NCBI GenBank assembly: GCA_008632985.1
Contig: QPGO01000098.1
Location: forward strand, 1 to 64,000
DNA length: 64,000 nucleotides
DNA from: Psammoneis japonica
Taxonomy: Eukaryota
Direction: 5' to 3'
In this document: one piece after another, positions 51,101 to 61,272 of the stretch
Numbering within the stretch: position 1 is the first letter of the stretch
Layout of the letters: every line of letters starts with the position of its first letter
Translations under genes and position numbers: made by a program
Notes under the pieces: model-generated
The model's database searches: none
Told to the model about the DNA's origin: nothing
What the model saw: only the letters and a program-made list of their open reading frames with translations

Positions 51101-52597
51101 AACTCTTGTTGGCAGCTGTGCGTTGCACTCCTCCCCATGTGTCACGCGTCCATGCGGCTCTTTGCTGACGTGCACTGACACTGCACGGTTTTGGCAGAAC
51201 AGTGTGGGTGTGCACAAAGGAACAGGCAGAACTGCACAGAGTTTCACATGTTCGACAGTGATCAACGTTGCTGCAGACAACTCCCACTCAGGGTTTTGAA
51301 CCTCTGGCCTCCTGCCCAATGGTTGCGATGAACCACTCCACTGTGAATTCACAATGCAGCATGCATGCAGACAAAAGGTTGTTTTTGTCACGCCCTTTGT
51401 GACATTTAAAGGCTGCAACACGTCACCGTGACACATTGACTCTCATTGGCAGCTGTGTGTTGCACAAGTGATCGTTGCAGGAACAAGCACTGCTGTTGCT
51501 GCTCTGCATTGCTGTTTTGCAGGTCTCCCTTTGAATTGAGGGATGAAGCCTGGGGTCAAGCTTTCAAGTTGATCTGCTGACATCACCTCCCCTGGCTTTG
51601 CAGCAACATGCATGTTTGATTTCCATTTGGACTTGGCATGCCAAGGGCGTTTGGTCATGACGCCGCAGAGGCAGCCAGCACATTTGGGTTCCTTGACCTT
51701 CAGGAGGCATTGCGGGAGGATGCCCAACAATGCAGCTAGGAGCTTGATCATTTTGAATGATTGGTGTCCGAGGTTTCAGTGCCAATGCAAAATTTCACCT
51801 TGGTCATTGGTGGCCACTGGGGCATGATCATCAGGGATGACGTTGATGGGGTCTTGCAGGCGGGTTTGGACTTCTGGGGTTGCCAGATCCTTGAGGTTCT
51901 CATCAGGTGAGTCAGATCTGTGTGCAGCATCCATCAGTTTGAACAACAATGGCACTTCCTCATCATCATTGTTGCACATGCCTTGGGTCTCGTGAGGACC
52001 TGTCTCATCAGGACTTGTGAAGGTGCCTTTGTCATTTGCAGCGTCCGCGGACTCTGAGTCGTTTGCGTCGTCTGGAGGCATTGTGTGCATTTGACAGGCT
52101 GCGTGTTCAACAGTCTTGATGTCCTCAGCAGCATCAACTGCAGCGGCAAATGCCCAACAGTCAGTGGCACCGGGTGTGGAACGGAAGCATGCAATGTTGG
52201 AGTTGTTGGTCCAAGGGACCAGCCTTGCGCACTTCCTTTGATCCCACATGAGCAGGAGACTGTCGTCGCAGTTCCAGGAAGTCATTCCGTGTGGTTCAGG
52301 ACAATGATCCTTGGCTTGCTGGCTCCATTGCTGAGGGCAGAGGAGGCAAATGGGTGAGTTGGGAACATGCAGTGCATCGTAGATGGTGATTGTGTGCACC
52401 TGTCCGTCATCATCCTTGATGCGCCATTTGATTGTTCCTTCTCCTTCTGCACTCAACCATCCGCCCACTCCCTTGGTCCGCTTGTTTGCAGGACATGGGT
52501 CACCAACAAAGTGCGATCTGTCATTTGACATTGTGCAGGTTGCGTGGTTGTCAACACCAATGATGAAGGAGTCAGAGTCGCGGGATGCTGGTTCCAT
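48119..52597 (-). mobile_element. Decayed Ty1/copia LTR retrotransposon (diatom CoDi-like pol), 5' part not recognisable
   Basis: Domain order: protease (IGVDNHAT), GAG-pre-integrase (CAGCLCG), integrase (WPSALR, HTFGCPV), RT (KSRLSVHGGKQ, HVDDG), RNase H (DADFAGNW, SRTG, QIADMETKP). Purine tract aaagggag precedes TG at 48316, the putative 3' LTR start; LTR end near 48119 is uncertain. Confidence 0.92.
51018..51464 (-). mobile_element. 447-bp TRIM-like non-autonomous LTR element nested in the copia integrase region
   Basis: Two 110-bp direct repeats (51018-51127, 51355-51464), each TG...CA. 4-bp TSD caag (51014-51017, 51465-51468). PPT GGGGAGGAG on the - strand immediately before the 3' LTR. 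Confidence 0.88.
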
Positions 52598-53223
52598 CCT
52601 CGGCCCTCATTTGAATGGCGTCGTGGTGGTTGAGGTGTTGGCGTAGACTGTCTTGTGAAAGGTGATCTCGCACTGAGCCTTCTTGTGTGCCATTCAAGCA
52701 GGGTGGCCCTTCTCATGGTGGATGATGGAAATGACTGAAACACACATCGGATGTTGCCACAAACATTTTTTGTCCTCGTTTTGGCTGAACCATCAGACGG
52801 TTCAAGTTCTCCGTCCCTTCCCCAACAGGGACACTGCCCGCGCCACCCACTCCGGCACTTCCAACCACTGGCGACTTTTTGCTGTCTGTCCCCGGCGTGC
52901 CTCCAAACTGTGTTCAATGTCATGAAAGCTGCAATCAACAACATTGTCTTTGCTTTTAAAGACTCCGTTTTTCAATCTTTCTTGGGGCAATTCGACTCTT
53001 CATCAGCTGACGTGTGGCTGACATCCGGAACAGTGCTGCACACACTGCAACAGCAACAACACAAAGGGATGGTCATCCATGCCGATTCACCCCAGTGCTC
53101 TGATGTAAGACAGCAACACTTGTCAGCATCCTCTTGCCACTGGCATCCCCAAAAAAAAACAGGACCGAAAGTTTGGCTGCTGCCTTTTAGGGAAACATGA
53201 CATTGCTCCAGGCCTCAACAACT

Positions 53224-54500
53224 TCATTGTAGAGTTTGCTGCCAGCTGATGCAGGTGCCGATGCAGTGCAAACCACCATGGGCCAAGTGTTGCACGTGAG
53301 CCTGTTTGCTGAGAACATGGGCCAATGCCAGACCATCGTCACGAAGTGAGACGATCTTGGTGGCGTGGGGAGCATCCAAACCCCCTGGAATGTCCAAAAT
53401 CGGGTTGATGAGTCGAGCCAAGGCTGTCTCCTGATGCCACCTGGACTCTGTCCAGGCGGTCCAATTGGATCTCACTGCCAAGGGATCTTGGTTCTCCTCT
53501 TCCTTTTCTGGAGGAGGCGGAGGTGGCAAACCCAGGTGCGTGCACCAGCACCACCACAACCAGTCCATCGGCGGGAACCATGACCTGGAATTCATGCAGC
53601 AGCTGATGGAATCGGCGGCTGGATCAAGCATGGGTGCAAATGTCAATGACGTTTGAATTTGACCAGGATGGCAATGATGACCTTCCATTGTGGCCATGGT
53701 GGCCAGATTGCCGCCGGCCGAAACTCCCAGAAGATGCAATGGATGGTTCGGCAATGTTTCCACAAAGTGCAACAGTGCCGTCAATGTTTCCGTCACGGCC
53801 CTTGGGAATCTGTGGTCGGGGGCCAAACTGCACTCAACCGAAGCCCAAATCAATGGTTGCCCCACACGTGTGGTGAGTTCGAATCCGTCCGGTGCACTTG
53901 CCGCACCAATGTGCATCCCTCCACCATGAAAGTCCACCACGATGGGAGCATCTGCTTGGAACTTGTCTGGATCCAATGCTGTTTCCATGGTCCAGCAACC
54001 GATCTCGTTTTTTTCTTTGCCAAGATCACCTGCCTGCTTGCAGATCGATTGGGGGAATCGAATGATGACAAGAATGTCATCTTTGGGAAGATTGTTTCCA
54101 GGCCACCACAGTCTGCTTTGTCGCAAATGTTCCGCTCTTTCAAAACACCAGGTCGACACGGCATCCTGTGATGGCACTCCACGATGTTGCAGCGCATGCT
54201 TTTTGTCCATTCTGTGATGTGTTTTTTGTTCGTGGCAGGAAAATTGGAGGCAAAACTGGCGCGGAGCTGGTGTGTTTCCACCTGCGTTCGACGATTGGCA
54301 TGGGTCGTGGGCAGAGATGGAAACTGATGCGTGGGCAGCATGATGCTGAGCAACCAAGTGCACAAAACATCCAACCACATCCTGGTGGGGTGGAAGAAGG
54401 GACTGTGAGGCTTCTTCTGACTGCCGGGCTGCAGAGGAGGAGGAGTTCCTTGAGTTGTTTTCCCTCCTTTGGACGAGCAAGCCACTTTCGTTCCTGCCAT
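53224..54500 (-). pseudogene. Decayed hormone-sensitive-lipase-family (Abhydrolase_3) esterase
   Basis: 'VDFHGGG', 'VECSLAPDHRFP' (family consensus VxYxLAPEHxFP) and 'GVSAGGNLA'. Frameshifted, with no Tyr in the 452-aa ORF-track translation. Confidence 0.8.
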
Positions 54501-54989
54501 GGTCTGAATGCTGTTGAGATTGCAGAACAAAAAAAATCAAGGGGATGAACACACAACAACAAAGCAAACAAGTGCAGAGCACAACGTGTTTTCAGGTGAC
54601 GACGTGTGCAGGATTCATCCATTTGCTTCTTTTCACTGCCAGCAGTGCATGCGTGCACGAGCACGACACACAGGGAGTTCCGGGTTTTCTTCCAAACGAC
54701 TGAAACAATTGAAACCCGGAACTTCCAGTGGAGCGGAGAATGAAATGAGATTCAAGATTTGGTGCGTGCGGGCTGGCGCACGCACGTTTGGCAAGCCAGC
54801 CAGCACACTTTGCTGCATCCAAAACAGCGGCACGGAAAAAGCAAGGGAATGGGAAAACTTCAGTTGGACCGTTTTTTGACGCAGCCACGGCAAAGAGATT
54901 GCCATTGTCATTTCACAGTGCTGCGCTGGTGCTGATTGACAGCAAGACTGCAAGAAAGGGAAGAATGTGGGGCAAAACCAGCCGGTCGA

Positions 54990-55200
54990 TGGCGATGGGG
55001 AAACGCAAGTTTCCTTGGATGCAAGATCAGGGAGAGAACGTGTGCGATGTTGCAAACAGGGTCTTTTGTGACAACAGTCGGTTCGTGATGGACCTCATTG
55101 AAGACAAGAACAGCGTGCTCTTCACGCATCCTTTGCAACTGGGCAAGACGACACTGTGGTCGCTGGCGGAGCTCCTCCTCAGCAAAAAGAGGACCTCGCA
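54990..55200 (+). pseudogene. Decayed AAA-ATPase-like (PF09820-type) N-terminal fragment
   Basis: 'FCDNSRFVMDLIEDKNSVLFTHPLQLGKTT' versus the family pattern YxDxxxxI...LFxRPRRxGK(S/T). R->H/Q changes fit CpG decay. Confidence 0.5.
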
Positions 55201-58200
55201 TCCCAACCAATCACATGAGCCGCCACCCCCAATGGGAAGATGGAGCTGGTCTCAGTCTCTTACAAATGCTGCAATGCAGCAACCTCATTTCTTTGGATGA
55301 TCCACAGACAATCATTTTGTCTGTGACTGCTGAAAAAGCACCCAAACACATGTTTAGTTCAATGAAGTTCATCTCTTTGCATTGACGCAAAACAAACAAT
55401 CTCGCAACCAAGTCATTGGCACAGAGCTGTCATTGACATGTGTGTGTTTGCCGGTGTGGCCTGGACCGCGCGAAGATTGTCAAAATGTCAAAATGGCATT
55501 TCAACATTGACGGGGACCCCCCGCAAGTCTGTGCAACCATCCAACGGAGCATTTTTTGCGAGTTGAACGCAACTCTTCTCGTGTTGTCACCACGGTGACC
55601 TTCCTTTGAAGTCTGTTGCATGCCAACCTTGTTGCAGCTGTCCTGCTGGCGATCCTTTTCAACAAATCGTTTGTTCTGCTCCTGTTGCTGACATTCAGTG
55701 AAAAGGATCGCCAGCAGAAAGTGTTTTGCAACAACAACAATTGCACCTCAATGTCGCCGTCACCAATCAGCAGCAACACCCCAAACGCCTCCAAGCCGGC
55801 TCAAATGGAAGAAAAAGCCGGCAATCCTGGCAGATGATGCACGGGGCCAGCATGGAAGAAAACCAGGGTTTCAGTGCCATGGGTGAGTCGCAAAATGTCA
55901 ATGTTCCTTGTCAGTGTTGCATCAACGTCTTGCATCTCACAAACGTTCATTTGGTCGTTGCAACTGTCCTGCTGTCAATGCTTTCACACAAGTCATTTTT
56001 TCTGCTCCCATTGGTGACGTTTGATCGAAAGGATTGACAGCAGCAGGCATTTTTGTGACAATGATTGTTTGTCTCTATGTCGCCGTCGCCAAGCCAGCAA
56101 CACAAAAAACGCCTCCACCAGGTCATCCAAATGGAAGGCAAAGCCGATGGAAAGAAATGAAGGAAGAGGCGCAAGCAAGAGATGTGGAATGCCCCAAGCT
56201 GTTCCTTTGTTGATGGAGAAGTTTTGAGTGTGAAAATCACCACAAGCTCTGTCTTTTGTGGATTGGTGGCAACAAACAAACATGCATTCAGTCAGAGGCA
56301 CCGGAAACAAAAAGGGAAAGTCAAGATGTCTCCTGTGGGACATTCACAATGCCTGCCCATCAGAGAATGACAGTTTGAGGGTTTGAAACATGGTCTGAGC
56401 TGGGACAACTGCAGCTAGAAACACTGCTGTTTGTCAGCATGTGCAGCATTTGCCACAACTCTGCATTCCAGGTTTTGATTCTACAACTCTCATTCCAGGT
56501 TGTGTCTGACAGAAAGACTCTACAGAGTGTCACACTGGTGTCTCACAATGGCAATTGCTGCAGTGCTTGAGCAACTCCTGCACAGAGAAACACCCAACAC
56601 ACCAGTTGTGTTGCGTTCTCGTGGATGGGCTTGATTGCAGTCGTTGTCGAACAGAAACACTCTGCAAAGCATTGCATTGGTGTCTTGTGATCATGTGTGA
56701 ATGGTTGTTGCTGTGCTCAAGCAACTCCCACACAGAGAAACCGCTCTCGAGCGTCATCCTGCCGCATGCCGGCACGCAAGGGCACGCTGCTCCACCGCAG
56801 CTCATTTGCAGAAGCAATCGACTGATCAACCAATTTCTCGCCCAATTCTTTGGATCCGCCATCATCAACAGTCTCGGAATCTGACTCAATGTGATGTGTT
56901 TCCGAATTGCCAGAAGCATCGGGAGAAGCATGACCTTTGTTCTTCTTGCATGTGCGAGTGGCCTGCTTCCGACAAAGTCTGAATTGCCTCCACCACTGCC
57001 GCGCCGTCCTTTTCCCTCGCGTTGCTGAGGAGATGTTTGTTCCCAATCCTTTGAGGAAGACACCCTTCAAAATTCTGTGCATCACAGCAACCATGTTGGA
57101 GTTCTTCACCCGCCAGAGCGACAGCGCAGTGGCACTTGCCTCTGCAGTCGTTTGCTGGGAGGGCAACTGAATTTGATGCGCCTTAGAGGCAGATGAGACA
57201 TTGGACTCATGGAGTCCTGGAAAGCCACCAGATTGCAGTGACTTCAGCACAAGGTCACTGTCCATCCACACACATGGAACCGCAGCTGGAAAAGCGGCAA
57301 TGAGAAGCCACACAGCCTCGACAATCTCCGTGGTTGGTTTGCTGTTTTTGTGACAAAAAAAAACATCACGCAGCAACCACGGAGCTGAAGGAGCTACGGA
57401 CAACGTACAGACTTACGGGGGGTCCCCATTAAAAGGGCGGTCCAGAGATTGCCTGGTGCACTTTTTACGTAGAAACTGCCAGAGAGCCAATCACGTACAT
57501 TCCTGCACAGACGCAGTGCAAAACAGAAAGCATGGCACTCCATCACGCGACCTCACGACGACACCACCTGATGACAACGCATCAAAATGGCATCGTCCGC
57601 ATCTTTCTGCAGCTCCTCTTTCACTCACCCGATTGCTCCAAAAGGGCCAGGGGAAGCTAACAAGCTTTCTCTCACAATGGAGCAATGCAAACAAAAGTTG
57701 TTTTTTATTCCAAAATCTCAGAGCACAGTGCAACCGATTGTCAAGGCGAACTCGCACGTTGGCGGCAACAACGCCAGTCAATGTTCACTCTAGAACAACA
57801 ATGGAGACGTGACACCCCAACAAAATAAAGTCCATGCCCCCATGACAAATTTTAAAGCTGGTTCTTCTTGTTGGTGTGCAATCTTTAGCTGCTTTTTAGA
57901 CTTGACAAAATGATCATCTGCCCCGGCTGTCACCCTCCAAGTTTGTTGCATTGGCTGACAAATTGGGCAAGCAAGCCACACATTTCTAGCTCACAAACTA
58001 CCTTGCAGCCAAAAGAAGCAATCTAAACTTTCAGAACAGCCATGATGCACTGGTCTGCCGAATCAAACTCCGCATCACCAAGTGGAGGCGGGGAGAACCA
58101 TTTTTCAAAAATGCACTGTGAAGGATCTGAGCTCTTGAGAGCTTGTCCAGCTTTTGACGCCATAGCCCCAAATCACCACATTTGTTGTTAAGTCAGCCTG

Positions 58201-59051
58201 ATGCTGTGTCTGTGACTTTGCCTCGTTTTGGAATTGCCACGGCCATCGCATTGCAGAATTGACATCCTTGACGAGGAAAAGTGTTTCTGGGATGCCTTGC
58301 GACGACGGAGACCCTGCAGAACAAAAGAACAATGTAGAAAGAGACAACACATGTAAGTCAAACGGGTGTTAATGTATAAAGCCTCAACGAAACACACAGC
58401 ACGAATGGTGATACATAAGGTCGGTCGTGATGCAACAGAAGCGACGCTGTCAACGCGAACCTTCAGTGAGAATTTTCACCATCAGCCACCCATGTGAACC
58501 TGTGCACTCTCGAGCTTGTCACATACCTTATGCTATGACGTAAGATATTCCGTTGAGAGTACACTACAAAGTACCTCAGAAACAACCGTATTTTTGAAAT
58601 CGGCGAAACGCCATTGTCCGTGTTATTTTGCGTGTTATTTTGCGTCGCGAGCCAGAAAACACTCCCAAAAACTGTTCTACAGGGCAAAATGTACTGAATC
58701 TACACAGATTTGGGTTGTACCAGGCCACGTAGAAAATGAACGGGCCGAGAACTGTGGTACGCCCACTTAATGGGTCATTGTGGTCCCAGTGGTTCAAGGT
58801 GGTTTCACAGGATGGGTTTGGATTGGCAAAGCGACAGTTCCATCGCCGATCGCCTCAAAACCCGGATGCTTTGTAGGATTCTGCGAGAGTTTGAGTACCA
58901 ACCCGCGGCGAACGGTGCAGAGAGAACCGGAACAGTCGCGTACTACACAGTCTACACGGTCGTAACGATACACTGCAGTCAAACCGATGAACATGCAGCG
59001 CAGGCACATAGACTCTACGATTCGATTCAACACCCTTTGCACAATATCATC

Positions 59052-60939
59052 ATGAACGGCAGTAGCAGTGTGGTCGAGACGGTGCAAGTGAACGATGAGA
59101 ACGAAAAGCCATTGGGGAGAGTCAAGGTTGGGGACACGAAACTGCAAGCTCTGGAGCGACTTTCCCGTGTTGGAGCTGGAGGACTGTATGACAAGTACGA
59201 CATTGGTCTTCTCGACAGTGAGTGTATCACTGCGGAAGCAGCGCCTTACATTTTCAAGGGGGGAACGGGGGCACCGCCCGATGATAAGAAGCGGAAGTAC
59301 GGGGAGTTGGAGACGGAAAAACTTACGCATTATGACCCCGCCTTATTCTATTCCCCTTCTGACACACCGCTGCCAGTCGTATATGAGAAGGACGAGATTC
59401 AGCCGTTTCTGGCGCCTGAAGGTTGGTTGAATGACACTGCTAAGGATGTGTTGAAGCAGGCCGATCTCAAAGAAACGAACAACCCTCGTGTGAGTCCGGT
59501 TGCCCTTGTTCGGTGCAGCCGTGGGGGGAAAACGAGATCTATGATTGAACTTGCGAAAGCAGTTCGAGCTCAAGATTCTTCGTATGGCATATTGTACATG
59601 ACTTTCAATACGGACACTCCTCTTCAACACAAGCCTGCTCGTGATCCTATGGCAGAGCTTTGTGTCAGAATTGCGTTCGCAGCTTCCAAAGTTCGGTCGG
59701 GGCCTACCAAACAATATGAAGAGTTCCTCGATTTCTCCAGAGCCAAAAGAGTTTGTCGACAATGGGTTGAGGATTGGTTGGGAAACAACAAGTGTATTCT
59801 CTTCATTGATGAGCTGAACATGCTCCAGGACACCATTGGCCCCGAGGAAGCAATTTTCCTCAAGCAAAACTTCCTGCTTCCAAGCGGGAGGGGGCTCGTC
59901 TTTTCATCGCACGTGGCTTCATTCAGCAACGAACTCGTCGATTTCATGTCGTCTCCAAGTGATCGAAAAAGTCATTACGTGCCCTCTCCCGATCATACCG
60001 TCTCTGCGTGAAGCAAGAGATCAGTTTCGAATGCCGGATTTGTCGCCGCAGGATGCTGTGTTCTTGGGCTTGATTCCAGGGTTGATAGTAGAGAGAAAGC
60101 TGCATCGTGCACCGACAGAACGCCGAATTAACGCCGTCGAGAAATTCCTCGGAACTGTCCGAAACCAAGAAGACGTTTGCAAGCTCGTAAGCTCACTGTT
60201 GACGGGAGAGTCCATTGATAGCTCGTTGCAAGAGCTAACAACCGTCGATCTTAAGCATGACGGCACACGGATTCTCAGGTGGATTCCTTTTCACCTGCAC
60301 TACGTGCTTGATCGAATCTCTCGGGAGTGCCCATACGTCGATACGCAAATGCGCCACTGCTTGTCATCTATTGTTGATCTATTTCGGCAATTTGCAGGTT
60401 CAAAATGGGAAGCTGGAGATGCGTGGGAGGCCCTGTTCCTTATTGTTTTGATTGTTCGCTGCCAAAGTGGGGAATTCGACGATGCAGTTATCCCATTAGG
60501 TCCTCTCATCACGAGCAGCATCCAGGTGCAGTACAACAGACCACTGAACTATAATGTTGACTTCTTCAAGGAAACGAATCCTGTTGACTTTGTTGGAGGT
60601 ATCCCTCTCCGAAGCTGGGCGCCAGCGGGGACGTGCGCTTTGTCCATCTACTATCCCGGGCACGCCCGGTTTCAGGCATACGACGTCATCCTTGCCTTTT
60701 GGGATACGGCTGGAAACAGGTTGTTGTATGGGTACCAGCTGAAGGAGGGCAGCACCATCCCATCAGTGTTTGCGTTTGACCAAGTGTTCAAAAAGAGTTT
60801 TCTTATCCGAGGGAAGACGACGCAGGGAAGTCGAAGTGTGAGATTGTGGCACTCGGTGAGTGACACCGAACTGGACAACTTCTTTGGGGTGTCAGCCGCT
60901 CACTGGTCTGCAAAGCAATGGAGAAAGCTACAGGAATAA
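59052..60939 (+). CDS. Crinkler-like P-loop NTPase + REase-fold protein; one apparent frameshift at the A-run ~59966-59970
   Basis: Variant Walker A 'LVRCSRGGKTR', Walker B 'ILFIDELN', then 'GDAWEALF' and 'YYPGHARFQAYDVILA...YGYQLKEG' (PD-(D/E)XK-like D...QxK). Likely start MNGSSS at 59052. Confidence 0.72.
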
Positions 60940-61272
60940 ATAAATGCATATTGGTAGTTGTTATCTCTCTTTTTCTCTCTCTCGATATGCGCAACCCCTT
61001 GTAATTACCGCGGGAAGGAAGCAAGAAACAGTCCGCTCTCCAGTGCCGCAGCGTGTCCCGAAAAGGCGACCTTGTGTGGGCCGTGTGCCGTGTGCCGTGC
61101 TACTGCTGAGGGGGCTCGGCATCGCGTAGTTTTGAAGGTCGACGCCCACGCCCTTCCCCAAAAAAGAAAGACAAAATTCTATATTTTAAGTGCTGCTCGA
61201 ACTCCACTCGCCACTAGCTCCAAGCCGGCCCACACTCCCAGTACACCGAAGTGCGGCAGAAGTGGTTGTGGA

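Noticed and set aside
52600..53220. 5' LTR and gag of the copia element
   Set aside because: No match to the putative 3' LTR (48119-48316) and no recognisable gag motif was seen; the element appears truncated or rearranged.
56400..57403. Decayed gene on the - strand as a specific family (LRR/ankyrin-like)
   Set aside because: Looks coding-derived, but no motif was clear enough to name.
7348..60000. Single-base frameshifts in otherwise intact genes (~7392, ~13782, ~30350, ~30960, ~31215, ~43258, ~59968) as programmed frameshifting or pseudogenisation
   Set aside because: Several fall in short homopolymers and affect unrelated genes, including conserved ones. Consensus sequencing indel errors are the simpler explanation. 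This also warrants caution about base accuracy generally.
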